From Candidatus Eiseniibacteriota bacterium (GTDB taxonomy: Bacteria; Eisenbacteria; RBG-16-71-46; JABDJR01), in assembly GCA_963762255.1 (NCBI GenBank), contig CAVXKA010000002.1, forward strand, positions 992,001 to 1,056,000: a stretch of 64,000 bases of DNA, written 5' to 3'. A program made the translations under genes and the position numbers. Shown piece by piece: positions 39,895 to 51,979 of the stretch (position 1 is its first letter; every line of letters starts with the position of its first letter). The notes under the pieces are model-generated. The model was not told where the DNA came from and did no database searches. It worked only from the letters and a program-made list of their open reading frames with translations.

Positions 39895-42614
39895 GTCTTG
39901 GCGTCGACCGGCTCCACCTTCGGTGGAGTCCCTTCTATAGGAAGAAAGAATCGAAACGCGGTGCCGCCGCCGGGGCGGCTGTCCGCCCAGATGCGTCCCC
40001 CATGAGCCTCGACGATACCGCGACAGATGGACAGCCCCAACCCGAAGCCGCTCCGATCCTGGGAGGGGCGAGCGCGGTAGAACTTTTCGAAGACGCGTTC
40101 GCCGGCGCCCTCCGGCAGACCCGGGCCTCTGTCCGCGACTTCGACCTGCACTCCTCCCTCCTCGCTTCGGGCGGAGATCTCGATCGGGCTCTCCGCGGGC
40201 GTGTACTTCAGGGCGTTCTCGACGAGGTTCATGAGCACCTGCTCGATGAGAATGCCATCGAGCGGAACGAGCGGCAGCCCGTCGGGAATCTCGAGCCGCA
40301 CCGGACGGTTCCGCAAGTGCCGCTCCATGTGATTCAAGGTCGCTCCCACGACTTCCTCGATCGGCTGCCAATCCTTGTGTACGGCGATCGCGCCCGACTC
40401 GATGCGCATCATGTTGAGCAGGTTACTGACCATACGGCTCAACCGCTCCGCTTCGTCCACGATTGACTCGGCGAGTTCGCGCCGCGTGGCGTGATCGAGA
40501 GAGTTCTCCCCCTCCAGAAGACTGCTTGCCGCGCCGGTGATGGCTGCCAGCGGGGTACGCAGGTCGTGCGACACAGAACTCAGGAGGAGGCCGCGAAGCC
40601 GCTCGGTCTCCGCGCGCACGTGGGCTTCCTGGGCCTCGCGAGCGAGCGTCGCGCGCTCGATCACGAGCGCGGTTTGATCGGCGAACGCTTCGAGCAAGTG
40701 CATCTGCTCGGGATCGCGGGGTGGCCGGCCTCCCATGGGGAAGAGCCCGACCACACCCACCGAGCCTCTCGATGTCACGAGCGGAACATACATGGCCCCG
40801 GCCTTGGACAGGGTTTCGGTGCCGAGTCCGGCGGCTTGACCATGGGCGAAGGCCCAGCGGGCCACTTCAAGCTCCTTGGGGTCGAGCGGCAGGGTGGACG
40901 TGATGCCCGGCGCCTGCACGAGGCCTCCTTCGCCGTCCGGCAGGAGCACCCAGACTTCGCTCGCGAAGACCTCGCCGAGGTGATACTCAGCCCGCTTGAC
41001 GACATCCTCCACGGTGAGGCTACGCGCGAACTCGCGGCTCATGCGGTAGAGGGCCGCCGTCCGCTCCTCGCGCCGACGGTGCGATTCGGCCTGCTGCCGC
41101 AGTCGAACGGCAAGCGAGCTGATGGAGAGCGCCACCACCAGCATGACGCCGAAGGTGACGAAGTATTCGCTATCCTCCACCGTGAGGCTGAAATGCGGGG
41201 GCACATAGAAGAAGTCGAAGGCCACGACGCCGATGAGCGAGGCGAGCATAGCCGGGCCTCGTCCCCACACGATCGCCACGAAGACCACGCCGAGGAGATA
41301 GATCATCACCAGGTTCGGCGGCGAGAAGCTGGGGAACATGAGTCGCGCCAAACCGGTGGCCACCGCCATGACCGCGATCGCCAGCAGGTAGCTCCGCACG
41401 GGGCTATGCAGGCGAATGCGCGCACGAGTCGCGGGCGGCCCGTCTTCGGTCGCCCCCTGGATCACCGAGACGTCCATGTCATCGCTGTTGCGGATGAGGC
41501 TGTCCGCCACCGAGCCCAGCACGCGATCGCGCCACTTGGAAGTCATCGGCTTGCCGACGACGATCCTCGTCACGTTGCGGGTGCGCGCAAAAGCGAGAAT
41601 CTCCTCGCTCACCTTCTCGCCGATGATCCGCGCGGTCTGCGCGCCCAGCCGTTCGGCCAGGCGAAACACCTCGGCCACCCGCTCCTGATCGGCGGAGCTC
41701 TCACCGATGCGGCCCGGCTTCTCCACATGGAGCACGATCCACTCCGCCTGTATGCCCGCAGCGGTTCGAGCTGCCGCACGCACGACTTTCGCTGCATTGG
41801 GGCTCGCGCTGATGCAGACCAGGATGCGTTCCGCAACCGGCCACACCCCGGGGATCCCCTGGTCCCGCTTGTAGGTCTGCATCTGCGCGTCGACGCGTTC
41901 CGCCGTCCAGCGCAGCGCCAGCTCGCGCAATGCGATGAGGTTCCCCTTGCGGAAGAACCCCCGCAGGGCCCGTTCGGCCTGAGTGGGGACATAGACCTTG
42001 CCGTCCCGCAACCGCTGCAGCAGGTCGTCCGCGGTCAGGTCCACGAGCTCGATCTCGTCCGCCTCGATGAGGATCCGATCGGGGACCGTCTCCCGCACGA
42101 CCACCCCGGTGATGCGGGCAACGACGTCGTTGAGGCTGTCGAGGTGTTGGACGTTCACCGTGGTATAGACGTCAATGCCGGCAGCAAGGATCTCTTCGGC
42201 GTCCTGCCAGCGCTTGGCGTGTCGGGCGCCCGGAGCATTGGTGTGGGCCAGCTCGTCGAGAAGTAGAAGCGTCGGCTTGCGCTCGAGAGCGGCATCCAGA
42301 TCGAAGTCGCGCAATACGGCGCTGCGGTAGGCAACCTCGCGCGCCGGCAACCGCTCGAGCCCCGCAAGAAGCGCCTCGGTCTCCAGACGGCCGTGCGTCT
42401 CCACCCATCCCACGACGACCTCTACGCCCTCGCGCCGACGCGCCTGCGCCTGCTCGAGCATGGCGAAGGTCTTCCCGACGCCGGCGGTGGCACCGAAGAA
42501 CACCTTCAGCTTGCCGCGGCCTCGGCGGGTCTCTTCACTCTGAATGCGAGCGAGGAGTTCCTCTGAACTCGGACGTTCCTGGTTCATGGATGACTCGCGC
42601 GCGTGGGATGGCAT
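39891..42614 (-). CDS. kdpD: Sensor kinase KdpD
   Basis: G.LK.FFG..AGVGKT.AML, DELAH.N, Usp domain, 4 TM, GAF, SHDLRTPL. Confidence 0.96.
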   Translation of the reverse strand: MPSHARESSMNQERPSSEELLARIQSEETRRGRGKLKVFFGATAGVGKTFAMLEQAQARRREGVEVVVGWVETHGRLETEALLAGLERLPAREVAYRSAVLRDFDLDAALERKPTLLLLDELAHTNAPGARHAKRWQDAEEILAAGIDVYTTVNVQHLDSLNDVVARITGVVVRETVPDRILIEADEIELVDLTADDLLQRLRDGKVYVPTQAERALRGFFRKGNLIALRELALRWTAERVDAQMQTYKRDQGIPGVWPVAERILVCISASPNAAKVVRAAARTAAGIQAEWIVLHVEKPGRIGESSADQERVAEVFRLAERLGAQTARIIGEKVSEEILAFARTRNVTRIVVGKPMTSKWRDRVLGSVADSLIRNSDDMDVSVIQGATEDGPPATRARIRLHSPVRSYLLAIAVMAVATGLARLMFPSFSPPNLVMIYLLGVVFVAIVWGRGPAMLASLIGVVAFDFFYVPPHFSLTVEDSEYFVTFGVMLVVALSISSLAVRLRQQAESHRRREERTAALYRMSREFARSLTVEDVVKRAEYHLGEVFASEVWVLLPDGEGGLVQAPGITSTLPLDPKELEVARWAFAHGQAAGLGTETLSKAGAMYVPLVTSRGSVGVVGLFPMGGRPPRDPEQMHLLEAFADQTALVIERATLAREAQEAHVRAETERLRGLLLSSVSHDLRTPLAAITGAASSLLEGENSLDHATRRELAESIVDEAERLSRMVSNLLNMMRIESGAIAVHKDWQPIEEVVGATLNHMERHLRNRPVRLEIPDGLPLVPLDGILIEQVLMNLVENALKYTPAESPIEISARSEEGGVQVEVADRGPGLPEGAGERVFEKFYRARPSQDRSGFGLGLSICRGIVEAHGGRIWADSRPGGGTAFRFFLPIEGTPPKVEPVDAKT

Positions 42615-42627
42615 GCTTCGGTCCAGT

Positions 42628-43206
42628 CTAGGGCCGCCTGCCGGCTTCGTCGAGATCCAGGTTCAAGAGGAGGATGTTTACGCGCGGTTCGCCGAGAATC
42701 CCCCACTGTCGCCCCTGGACGCGGCGCGCCACCATCGCGCGAACCGCGGCTTCATCCAACCCGCGGGCGCGTGCGACCCGGGGCACCTGGAACATCGCGG
42801 CCTCCGGGCTCACGTCGGGATCGAGACCGCTTCCGGAGGCGGTGACGAGATCCACCGGCACCGGGGCGCGCCGGTCGGGATCCGCGTCCCGCAGCCGCGC
42901 CGCGCGCTCGCCGATCGCCGCCGCAAGCGCGGGGTTGGTCGGTCCCAGGTTGGACCCCGCCGAGGCCGCCGCGTTGTACGGCGGCGTGGTCGCGGACGGC
43001 CTGCCCCAGAAGTGCCGCGGGTCCGAGAAGGCCTGACCGATCAGCGCCGACCCCACTTCGCGGCCGTCGCGGACGACAAAGCTCCCCTCGGAGCGCGCCG
43101 GCCAGAAAACGCGCGCAATCAGCGTGATCGCGGCCGGGTACGCCACACCGGTCAGGAGCGTCATCACCACCAGCATCGCCAGCGAGTTCTTCATCACTTC
43201 ACGCAT
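42628..43206 (-). CDS. kdpC: K+-transporting ATPase subunit C
   Basis: GS.LIGQ.F, F..RPSA, VT.SGSGLDP. Confidence 0.95.
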   Translation of the reverse strand: MREVMKNSLAMLVVMTLLTGVAYPAAITLIARVFWPARSEGSFVVRDGREVGSALIGQAFSDPRHFWGRPSATTPPYNAAASAGSNLGPTNPALAAAIGERAARLRDADPDRRAPVPVDLVTASGSGLDPDVSPEAAMFQVPRVARARGLDEAAVRAMVARRVQGRQWGILGEPRVNILLLNLDLDEAGRRP

Positions 43207-43217
43207 GGTTTGCCTCC

Positions 43218-45281
43218 TCAGGCCAGTCGCAACGCGGTCAGGACGAGATCGATGAGCTTGATGCCCACGAACGGCGCCACCATGCCGCCGAGCCCGTAGA
43301 CCAGGATGTTTCGCCTCAGAAGCGCTTTGGCCCCCACCGGCCGGTACTTCACACCGCGCAACGCGAGCGGGATCAGGGCGACGATGATCAGCGCGTTGAA
43401 GATGACCGCGGAGAGGATCGCGCTCTCGGGGGTGGCCAGATGGAGGATGTTCAGCACCCCCATGGCCGGGTAGATGCCGACAAAGGCGGCGGGGAGGATC
43501 GCGAAGTACTTGGCGATGTCGTTGGCGATGCTGAACGTGGTGAGCGCGCCCCGCGTCATCAGGAGCTGCTTGCCGATCTCGACGATCTCGATGAGCTTGG
43601 TCGGATTGGAATCGAGATCCACCATGTTCCCGGCTTCCTTGGCCGCCTGGGTGCCGGTGTTCATCGCCACGGCCACGTCCGCTTGCGCGAGCGCGGGGGC
43701 GTCGTTGGTCCCGTCGCCGGCCATGGCCACGAGGTGGCCGTCGGCCTGGTGGCGGCGGATGAGTTCGAGTTTGGCCTCTGGGGTCGCCTCGGCGAGGTAG
43801 TCGTCGACTCCCGCTTCGGCGGCGATGGCTGCGGCGGTGAGCGGGTTATCGCCGGTGATCATCACGGTGCGGATGCCCATGCGGCGGAGCTGGTCGAAGC
43901 GCTCGCGAATGCCTCCCTTGACCACGTCCCGCAGGTCGATGACCCCGAGCGCCTCGGCGCGCCGCGCGACGACGAGCGGGGTACCGCCCTCGCGCGCGAT
44001 TCGCTCCACGACGGCCGTTACGGAGTCGGGCACTCGCCCGCCCTGTCCACGAATGTATTCGGCCACCGCGTCCGCGGCGCCCTTGCGGATCTCGTCGTGC
44101 TCGAGGTCCACGCCGCTCATGCGGGTGCGCGCGCTGAACGGCACGAACCGAGCGCCGAGCGCCACCGCATCCACTTCGCGCAGGTTGTACTCGCGCTTGG
44201 CCAGCACCACGATGCTTCTTCCTTCGGGGGTCTCGTCCGCGAGCGAGGCAAGCTGCGCGGCCTCGGCGACCGCCTCCGCCGAGTGAGTTCCAGCCGGCAC
44301 AAACGCGACGGCCTGACGGTCGCCCAACGTGATGGTTCCGGTCTTGTCGAGGAGCAGCACATCCACATCGCCCGCCGCTTCCACCGCGCGCCCCGACATC
44401 GCGAGCACGTTGGCGCGGATGAGTCGGTCCATGCCGGCGATCCCGATGGATGAGAGGAGACCTCCGATCGTGGTCGGGATGAGGCACACGAGGAGCGCCA
44501 CGAGCACCGTGATGGGCACCGGGCTCCCCTGACCCGAAGTGCGCACGCTGTAGATCGAGAACGGAAGCAGCGTGACGGTGGCCACCAGGAAGACAACGGT
44601 GAGCGAGGCGAGCAGGATCGTGAGCGCGATCTCGTTCGGGGTCTTCTGACGACGCGCGCCTTCGACCATTCCAATCATGCGATCCAGAAAGGTCTCGCCC
44701 GGGTCGGAGGTGACGCGCACGATGAGCCAGTCGGAGAGGACCCGTGTGCCGCCGGTCACCGCGCTGCGGTCGCCTCCGCTCTCGCGGATGACCGGGGCGC
44801 TCTCGCCGGTAATGGCGCTCTCGTCCACCGAAGCGATCCCCTCCACCACTTCGCCGTCCATCGGGATGAACTCCCCGGTGCCGACGTAGACAACGTCTCC
44901 CTTGCGCAGCTCGGTCGCAGCCACGTCAGTGCGCGGGGCGTCCACCGAGGGGGATGTGAGCTTGTGTGCGAGGAGGCCTCGGCGGGCGGCCCGCAACGAT
45001 TCGGCTTGCGCTCGCCCGCGCCCCTCCGCGACTGCTTCCGCGAAGTTCGCGAAGAGAAGCGTGGTCCAGAGCCAGAGGGTGACCGCAAGGATGAAGCGCG
45101 GGGGCGCCTCGCCCCGGCCCAGCACGGACTGGACATAGAGAATCGTCGTGAGCACGCAGCCGACCCAAACCACGAACATGACCGGGTTGCGGATCTGCCG
45201 TCGCGGGTCGAGCCGGCGAAACGCGTCGGCGACGGCGCGCCGCAGAAGCGGTCCGTCAAGCAAGGCCGAAGAAGTCTTCAC
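43218..45281 (-). CDS. kdpB: K+-transporting ATPase subunit B
   Basis: [24 protein letters not shown]. Confidence 0.97.
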   Translation of the reverse strand: MKTSSALLDGPLLRRAVADAFRRLDPRRQIRNPVMFVVWVGCVLTTILYVQSVLGRGEAPPRFILAVTLWLWTTLLFANFAEAVAEGRGRAQAESLRAARRGLLAHKLTSPSVDAPRTDVAATELRKGDVVYVGTGEFIPMDGEVVEGIASVDESAITGESAPVIRESGGDRSAVTGGTRVLSDWLIVRVTSDPGETFLDRMIGMVEGARRQKTPNEIALTILLASLTVVFLVATVTLLPFSIYSVRTSGQGSPVPITVLVALLVCLIPTTIGGLLSSIGIAGMDRLIRANVLAMSGRAVEAAGDVDVLLLDKTGTITLGDRQAVAFVPAGTHSAEAVAEAAQLASLADETPEGRSIVVLAKREYNLREVDAVALGARFVPFSARTRMSGVDLEHDEIRKGAADAVAEYIRGQGGRVPDSVTAVVERIAREGGTPLVVARRAEALGVIDLRDVVKGGIRERFDQLRRMGIRTVMITGDNPLTAAAIAAEAGVDDYLAEATPEAKLELIRRHQADGHLVAMAGDGTNDAPALAQADVAVAMNTGTQAAKEAGNMVDLDSNPTKLIEIVEIGKQLLMTRGALTTFSIANDIAKYFAILPAAFVGIYPAMGVLNILHLATPESAILSAVIFNALIIVALIPLALRGVKYRPVGAKALLRRNILVYGLGGMVAPFVGIKLIDLVLTALRLA

Positions 45282-45297
45282 GATCGATCACGCTCCT

Positions 45298-46968
45298 TCA
45301 TCGTGCCACGCCGCCGTGGCTGATTGCCTCGGCGATCGGGCCCAGCGCGAGGGCTGGCAAGAAGGTCAGGGCCCCGACCAGGATCACGACCCCGATCAGC
45401 ACCAGCACGAAGAGGGGGCTGCTGGTGGGCAGCGTGCCGGAACCCGCGGGGACTCGCTTCTTGGCGGCAAGCGATCCGGCCAAAGCCAGCGCCGGGATCG
45501 CGACCGCGTAGCGAGCGATAATCATGGCCGCGGCGAGCAATGCGCAATAGAAGCCGCCTGAGGCATCGAGCCCGGCGAAAGCGCTTCCATTGTTGTTGCC
45601 CGCCGACGAGAGCGCGTAGAGGATCTCGCTGAAACCGTGCGGACCCGGGTTCAGGACAGTTGCCCTGCCCGCCTCCGTTGAGACCGCAAGAGCGGTCCCT
45701 CCCAGCACGACGATCGGGCAGATGAGGATCATGAGGACCGCCATCTGGATCTCGCGGGTTTCCACCTTCTTCCCCAAGTACTCCGGCGTTCGCCCGACCA
45801 TGAGCCCGGCAATGAAGACGGCCACCAGCACAAACGCGAGCATTCCGTAGAGGCCGGAGCCGACACCGCCGAACACGACCTCGCCGAGCTGCATGAGGGC
45901 GAGAGGGACGAGTCCGCCGAGCGGGGTGAAGGAATCGTGCATGGCGTTCACCGACCCGTTGGACGCGGCGGTGGTCGCGGTCGCCCAGAGCGCGGATATG
46001 GCGGACCCGAACCGCACATCCTTGCCCTCCATGCTTCCGCCCGCCTGCTCCTGAACCACGGTGACGGCGAGGAACGCGACGAAGAGCGCGGTCATCGCGG
46101 CGAGAATGGCCCACCCCTGCCGCGTATCCCCCACCATCTTTCCGAACGTGAGGCAGAGCGCGGCGGGGATGAGGAGGATGGCCAGCATCTCGAGGAAGTT
46201 GCTGAGCGGCGTCGGGTTCTCGAAGGGGTGCGCCGAGTTCGTGTTGAAGAAACCGCCGCCGTTGGTGCCAAGCTGCTTGATTGCCACCTGGGAAGCCGCT
46301 GGGCCGACGGCCACGAGCTGCTCCGCGCCGGATTCGACGGCGGCGACCTGATGATAGGGCGCGAAGCTCTGCACCACCCCCTGTGAGACGAGCGCGATCG
46401 CAAGGACGACGGAGAGGGGCAGCAGGATATATAGGACGCTGCGGACCATGTCCACCCAGAAGTTGCCGATGGTCGCCGCCGAGTGGCGCGCGATTCCGCG
46501 GATCAGCGCAACCAGAACCGCCATGCCCGCGGCGGCGGAAACGAAGTTCTGCACGGTGAGGCCTGCCATCTGGGTGAGGTAGCTCATCGTCGCTTCCCCG
46601 CCGTAGGCCTGCCAGTTGGTGTTGGTGACGAAACTCACCGCGGTGTTGAATGCGACCGCGATGCCGACGCCCGGAAGACCCTGCGGGTTGAGCGGGAGGA
46701 CTCCCTGAAGCAGTTCAAGGGCAAAGAGCGCAATGAAGCCGATCGCGTTGAAAGCCAGGAAGGCGATCGCGTATTGCCTCCAGGTCATCTCCGCGTCGGC
46801 GCGCACACCGCACGCGCGGTAGACCACCCGCTCCAGCGGCCGGAGGAACCGCATCGCGCGCGGGATGTCGCCTTCATAGACGCGTGCCATGAAGAGTCCC
46901 AGCGGCCTGGCCAAGCCCAGTATGAGCGCCAGGTAGAGGCCGATCTGAATCCAGGAGGTGGCGTTCAC
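45298..46968 (-). CDS. kdpA: K+-transporting ATPase subunit A
   Basis: TNTNWQ.Y.GE, LGTNGGG, SNGS, NNGSAF. Confidence 0.96.
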   Translation of the reverse strand: MNATSWIQIGLYLALILGLARPLGLFMARVYEGDIPRAMRFLRPLERVVYRACGVRADAEMTWRQYAIAFLAFNAIGFIALFALELLQGVLPLNPQGLPGVGIAVAFNTAVSFVTNTNWQAYGGEATMSYLTQMAGLTVQNFVSAAAGMAVLVALIRGIARHSAATIGNFWVDMVRSVLYILLPLSVVLAIALVSQGVVQSFAPYHQVAAVESGAEQLVAVGPAASQVAIKQLGTNGGGFFNTNSAHPFENPTPLSNFLEMLAILLIPAALCLTFGKMVGDTRQGWAILAAMTALFVAFLAVTVVQEQAGGSMEGKDVRFGSAISALWATATTAASNGSVNAMHDSFTPLGGLVPLALMQLGEVVFGGVGSGLYGMLAFVLVAVFIAGLMVGRTPEYLGKKVETREIQMAVLMILICPIVVLGGTALAVSTEAGRATVLNPGPHGFSEILYALSSAGNNNGSAFAGLDASGGFYCALLAAAMIIARYAVAIPALALAGSLAAKKRVPAGSGTLPTSSPLFVLVLIGVVILVGALTFLPALALGPIAEAISHGGVAR

Positions 46969-47057
46969 GAGAACAGCTCCGGCTTGAAGATGGCCACGAA
47001 CAAGTACACGAGCAGGATCACCGCGATCACCGCGCCGACGATTTGGAAGAGGTTCAT
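46965..47057 (-). CDS. kdpF: KdpF small membrane subunit (30 aa, not in the ORF track)
   Basis: My translation [30 protein letters not shown] (YL..A...PE motif); AAGGAG RBS; GTGA overlap with kdpA. Confidence 0.9.
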   Translation of the reverse strand: MNLFQIVGAVIAVILLVYLFVAIFKPELFS

Positions 47058-47114
47058 GGGTCGCTCCTTGATCCGCACCGCGGATCCCATGCGATACGGT
47101 AGGCCTGGAACGAG

Positions 47115-47161
47115 TCAAGGCGGCGTCAGGATCGGGTGGGGACGCATCAAGAAACGGTAAG
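47115..47161 (-). promoter_or_regulatory. Helically phased direct repeats upstream of kdpF, candidate KdpE sites
   Basis: Minus strand shows CTTAC, CTTGA, (CCCCA), CCTGA, CTTGA at 10-11-nt spacing. Confidence 0.45.
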
Positions 47162-47337
47162 GATCCCAGGGTAGCACAGGAGCCTGCCCGGTCCCGTGCC
47201 CCGGGCCATTGCGCGTGAGGAGCTTCTGTGTCTTCGCGGTGGCTCGACTTGTCCCCCGAGATCGTTCAGAATACCCGCAGTTTGCAGCTCATCCTCGGCC
47301 GCGCCGGGCGCGGTCCGACCAAGAAGGAGGCGGTGCG

Positions 47338-48367
47338 GTGCGGCAACCGGTTGTCTTGATCACGGGAGCGAACGGGGAAGTGGGGCACGGGCTCATCAAG
47401 GGCCTGTCGGCGGATGGACACAAGGACATCCTGGCCATGGATCTGGACCCGGTGGACGAGCGCCTGGCAGAGCACTGTCGCGCCACGTTCGTCGGGAACA
47501 TCCTGGATCGTCAGCTCATCGGACGGATCGTGAGCGAGTACGAGGTGCGGGAGATCTATCACCTGGCCGCGCTCCTCTCGACTCGTGCGGAGTACACCCC
47601 CGAGACCGCGCACCAGGTAAACGTCGAGGGGACGATGGGGCTCCTGCAGCTCGCGCTCGAGCAGTCGAGCTGGCGCGGCGAACCGGTCAAGTTCCTCTAT
47701 CCGTCGTCCATCGCAGTGTTCGGGATGCCCGATCTCGCGACGAAAGAGCGCGCGGGCAAGGTCAAGGAATACGAGTGGACCTCCCCCACCACGATGTACG
47801 GCTGCAACAAGCTGTACACGGAGAACCTCGGCAGGTACTTCGCCGACAACTACCGGCAGCTCGCCGCCGACACCAACGGACGCAAGGTGGACTTCCGCTG
47901 CTTGCGCTACCCGGGGATCATCAGCGCGGAGACGATGCCGACCGGAGGCACGAGCGACTTCGCTCCCGGAGATGGTGCATGCCGCCGCCAAGGGCGAGCC
48001 GTACGCGTGCTTCGTGCGCGAGGACTCGATCATCCCGTTCATGGTGATGCCGGATGCGATCAAGGCGATGCGGCTCCTGGCCGCCGCCGACCGCACACAG
48101 CTCAAGCGGCGCGTATACAACGTCACGAGCTGGAGTCTGACCGCGGGCGAGATCCGCAAGCGCGTCCTGCGAGCCTTCCCCAAGGCCGAGATCACGTTCG
48201 AGCCCGACACGAAGCGTCAGGCGATCGTGGACACCTGGCCGTTGGACGTGGACGACGGGCCCGCGCGGCGTGAGTGGGGCTGGATGCCCGACTACGACGT
48301 GAACCGGTCCTTCGACGAGTACCTGGTGCCGGAGATCAAGAAGCGGTATTCGGGGGCGAAGGCCTGA
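47338..48367 (+). pseudogene. Extended SDR, L-threonine 3-dehydrogenase-like, frameshifted near 47965 (possibly an assembly error)
   Basis: ITGANGEVG, HLAALLS, YGCNK, PTGGTSD. Removing one C from GCTCCCGGAGATG restores APEMVHAA and joins the 47972-48367 frame. Confidence 0.8.
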
Positions 48368-48466
48368 TAGATCGCGGCTTGAGCGCGATTTTTCGACTAT
48401 ACTAGCTTCACGGAAGCCGGTGTCCCACCCCATGCAGTCCAACCCGGCATCCGGCCGGAGGCTGCC

Positions 48467-51400
48467 GTGGTTCACCGCAGGGGGCTCGCCTCGTTCCTGG
48501 CCGTCAGCGCCGTCCTGACCGGCGTGATCTGGTCCTGGTCCGCCGGGGCGCCGCGGCCGTTGCCTGCCTTTGAGCCGGTGGCCGGCGTCATGCCTCTCTC
48601 CTCAGGCGACGCGAACAGTCCCGCGCTCAGCTCCGGTGTGAATGACACCTTCTACTTCGGCGGCACTCGGTGGGCCCCCGACTCCTCCCGCTGGGAGGCG
48701 ATCCCCGACTCCGTGTGGACGTTCGAGACCGGGGTGGGCTCGCACTACCAGCATCCGGCCGGGTCGTGCAAGGGCCCGAGCTTTCATGAGCTGATGGAGG
48801 GGTGGGTAGGCGCAGACCCCGGTTCCGAGTCCGTCGCCAGATTTCGCAGGCTGGGAACGAGTGCCTTCTCGGGCACGCCCTGTGTCGGCGCGGCGGGAGG
48901 TCTAGCGGGCAGCTACTCGTTCTGGGCGGGGCTCTTGGAGGCCGAAGCCGACTCGCTCTGCTGGGCCAGCGGCCAGGGATACGGGAACAACTGGAGCATC
49001 TGCATCGTCAAGGAGATCGCATATGACGGCGCAGGGTGTCTGCATCTCGACTACCGATATCAAGTGGACGTCGAACCCGGCTGGGACTACGTCTTTGTCA
49101 TGGTTGACACCACGGGAGCTCTTCCCGACACCGGGGGAGTCCAGGTCAGGACGTATACCGGGCCAGCAACCGGTACGGAGAACTTGACCCTCACGGCGGG
49201 AACCAACCTCCCCAGCCAGACCGGTCCGATCCGCGTCAAGTTCTGCGTTCAGTCGGACGGCGCGTACTCCGACGAGGACGGTCTATACGGAACATCGTGC
49301 GGTGCATTTGGCGTGGACGACATCCACATTTGGAACACGAACTGCGGGGGCGCCATCGATGACCTGTCCACATTCGAGACCGGAAGCGACGGTTGGGTCA
49401 CCGAGGCGCCGTGTCTGAACGGGGGTGACCTGTCGCGTATCGTCCCGGTGAGCGAGCTGCCCTGGCCCCCCGGCTACACAGGTGGATGTGATCTCGGAGA
49501 TTCGGTGTTGGCCTTCTACGACTCCGCGACCGGCGGGCATCCGCTCAGCCAGATCGAGAACTTCGCGGTGTCTCCATGGATAGACCTCAAGGCGGCGGAC
49601 AAGGTCGGATTCCCGAAGCGGTTTCTCGAGTTCGGTGGGTACTACGAACTCCCCCTCCGCAACTACATCTTCGTAGCTGCCTACGCTCAGTGGTATCCAG
49701 CGATTTGCTCGATCACAGGGCGCGTGCAGATGAGCGCCATCACCAGCGATGGCTACCCGCGCTACTTTGGCGGAGTGCCGACGTGCGCGGGTGCCGTGCC
49801 GCGTCGCATCGACTTCACCTCCTTCGTACCTTCCACTGCCGAGCAGGTCCGGGTGGGGGTCGGAGTCATCAACTACTGCCAATGGTACGGGGACTGCACG
49901 CACGTCACCAACTCGACCCCGTGGTTCGATGACGTCCGGTTCGGGGTAACCACGACCAATACCATTCAATCGTTGGTGGACGCGGCAGCGCCCGGGGACA
50001 CCGTTATCGTCGGCGCAGGTACCTACACCGGCAATGGTTACAGGAACATCACCTTCCACGGAAAGGAGATCGTGCTGCTGGCCACTGCGGGCCCGGAACA
50101 CACGATCATCGACTGCCAGGGCGCGGCGCGGGGGTTTGTGATCGACAGCGGCGAGGATTCTACGCTGGTGATCGACGGGTTCACCGTGCGGAACGGTAAG
50201 GCGCCGGCGACGACCGAATACCCCTACATCGATGACGGCGGAGCGGTTCTGGTCTCCGGGGAGGCTCATCCGACCTTCAGGAACTGCCGGCTGGAGTCTT
50301 CGCTCGCCGACGCCGGGGGCGGCGTGTACGTGGCATCTCTGTGCGGGATCTTGCTGGAGGGTTGCATACTGGAGGCAGACAGCACTCGCTCCTACAGTGG
50401 AGTCGGCCTCCACAGTGAACCCGGGACGACCGTGCGAATCACAGGCAGCGAAATCCGCGACAACGGCCGCGGATACGGCCTCCGAACGCGCGGAGCGGCG
50501 CAAGTGGATTCCAGCTCGATCCACGATAACCATGGCGTCGGCATGCTCCTTTGGGGCTCAAGCCGTGTGAGCGATTGCACGATCGTCGACAACTGGGGCG
50601 GCGGAATCGAGGGGGCATCTCTCGTGCAGCGCTGTCTCATCAGCAGGAATGGAGGAGAAGGCGTCTCATCCTCGGGGACAATTGAAGACTGTACGATCAC
50701 TGCGAATCACGGCACGGGCGTCGACGGCGGAGGCGTGATCCGGGATTGCCTCATCTCGGAGAATGATGATCGAGGCGTGGACTTCGGGGGCGGCGGCGGC
50801 GAGATCCACAACTGCCTCATCACCGGCAATCGGTACGGAGGCGTGACGTTGGGATTCGCGCTTCTTGATTCCTGCACCGTGATGGGCAACGGCTCCCCGA
50901 ACCTTGGCGTTGGTGGGGGCGTCTTCGTGTTTTTCGAGTTCCCGTTCCTTGCGGGAACACCTGGACATCCGCTCAACACGGACGATCGCGCAAGAACCCT
51001 CTCCGGGGAGTCCAGCGCAGCCAGCTCGGCCTACTTCGGAATCCCGACGATCCGGGATTGCATCGTCACCGGGAACGCAGCGGCGCACGGAGGCGGCATA
51101 GCCTTCTCCTGGGATCAGGTCATGCCCAACTATGGCCAGCTGATCCGCAGCACCGTAAGCGGCAACCGTGCAACAACCGGCGGGGGGTTGGCGCTCCAAT
51201 ACGACTACCAGCTCCACGTGGAGGACTGCGTCATCTGGGGCAATTGCGCGGATGACTCGGGAGATGAGATCCACACGCAGAACGACTCCACGACCGTCAC
51301 GTTCCTCTGCTCTGCCATCGATTCCGCCGGATTCGCCGGTCCCGGAAGGTTCGTCTACAACGGCCCGCAGGTCTTCACCGACCCGTTCTTCTGCTCCCCC

Positions 51401-51823
51401 GCTTCCTGCTACGGGACCCCGACCACCGCGGGGGACTACCACCTCACCGCCGGTTCTCCCTGCCTTCCTGAGTCGAGCCCCTGCGACTCGCTGATCGGGG
51501 CGCTGGGCATGGGGTGCAGCACGACTGGCGTACCGGACGACCGGCCACCGTTGCCGCTCACCGCGTCGCTACGTGCGTTTCCCAACCCGTTCCGGGCGGA
51601 TGTGACGTTCATCGTCGGCGTGCCGGCCGACGCGACGGGGAGCATCGAGATCTTCGACGTGCGGGGGCGGCGCGTTCGCGCGTTCGAAGCACGCGCCGGG
51701 GAGACCGCCCTGCGCTGGGACGGGCGTTCGGAGCAAGGTGTCTCGCTGCCCCAAGGGCTCTACTTCGTCCGTCTGCACGCGGGCGCGGAGTTCAGGACGC
51801 AGAGAGTGATCCTGATGCATTGA
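48467..51823 (+). CDS. Modular secreted protein: Cys-rich N-domain, right-handed beta-helix, FlgD-Ig-like tail
   Basis: Signal peptide; N-domain shared with the 2-3064 gene; IQ..VDAA..GDTV.V..GTY and C.I..N...GG repeats; PNPF...WDG...GLYF tail. Confidence 0.88.
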   Translation: MVHRRGLASFLAVSAVLTGVIWSWSAGAPRPLPAFEPVAGVMPLSSGDANSPALSSGVNDTFYFGGTRWAPDSSRWEAIPDSVWTFETGVGSHYQHPAGSCKGPSFHELMEGWVGADPGSESVARFRRLGTSAFSGTPCVGAAGGLAGSYSFWAGLLEAEADSLCWASGQGYGNNWSICIVKEIAYDGAGCLHLDYRYQVDVEPGWDYVFVMVDTTGALPDTGGVQVRTYTGPATGTENLTLTAGTNLPSQTGPIRVKFCVQSDGAYSDEDGLYGTSCGAFGVDDIHIWNTNCGGAIDDLSTFETGSDGWVTEAPCLNGGDLSRIVPVSELPWPPGYTGGCDLGDSVLAFYDSATGGHPLSQIENFAVSPWIDLKAADKVGFPKRFLEFGGYYELPLRNYIFVAAYAQWYPAICSITGRVQMSAITSDGYPRYFGGVPTCAGAVPRRIDFTSFVPSTAEQVRVGVGVINYCQWYGDCTHVTNSTPWFDDVRFGVTTTNTIQSLVDAAAPGDTVIVGAGTYTGNGYRNITFHGKEIVLLATAGPEHTIIDCQGAARGFVIDSGEDSTLVIDGFTVRNGKAPATTEYPYIDDGGAVLVSGEAHPTFRNCRLESSLADAGGGVYVASLCGILLEGCILEADSTRSYSGVGLHSEPGTTVRITGSEIRDNGRGYGLRTRGAAQVDSSSIHDNHGVGMLLWGSSRVSDCTIVDNWGGGIEGASLVQRCLISRNGGEGVSSSGTIEDCTITANHGTGVDGGGVIRDCLISENDDRGVDFGGGGGEIHNCLITGNRYGGVTLGFALLDSCTVMGNGSPNLGVGGGVFVFFEFPFLAGTPGHPLNTDDRARTLSGESSAASSAYFGIPTIRDCIVTGNAAAHGGGIAFSWDQVMPNYGQLIRSTVSGNRATTGGGLALQYDYQLHVEDCVIWGNCADDSGDEIHTQNDSTTVTFLCSAIDSAGFAGPGRFVYNGPQVFTDPFFCSPASCYGTPTTAGDYHLTAGSPCLPESSPCDSLIGALGMGCSTTGVPDDRPPLPLTASLRAFPNPFRADVTFIVGVPADATGSIEIFDVRGRRVRAFEARAGETALRWDGRSEQGVSLPQGLYFVRLHAGAEFRTQRVILMH

Positions 51824-51920
51824 TCACCCGGGTGAGCATCCCGTTTACCCGGGGAAAATGGTGCGTGTTAACCGCGCCGTCGGCGTGGCGACCCGATGAT
51901 CACCCGGGTGATCATCACGC
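51821..51920. repeat. ~100-bp palindrome-rich element, copy 1
   Basis: Three ACCCGGG cores, including the perfect 22-bp palindrome GATGATCACCCGGGTGATCATC (51895-51916); near-identical to 55224-55323. Confidence 0.85.
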
Positions 51921-51979
51921 AACACGAACATCGGCGCTGGTCCCACGCAGGTCTTGCCGATGGCGAACCGAGGTGGAAC

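Noticed and set aside
39187-47057. kdpFABCDE as a novel system
   Set aside because: Canonical gene order and motifs.
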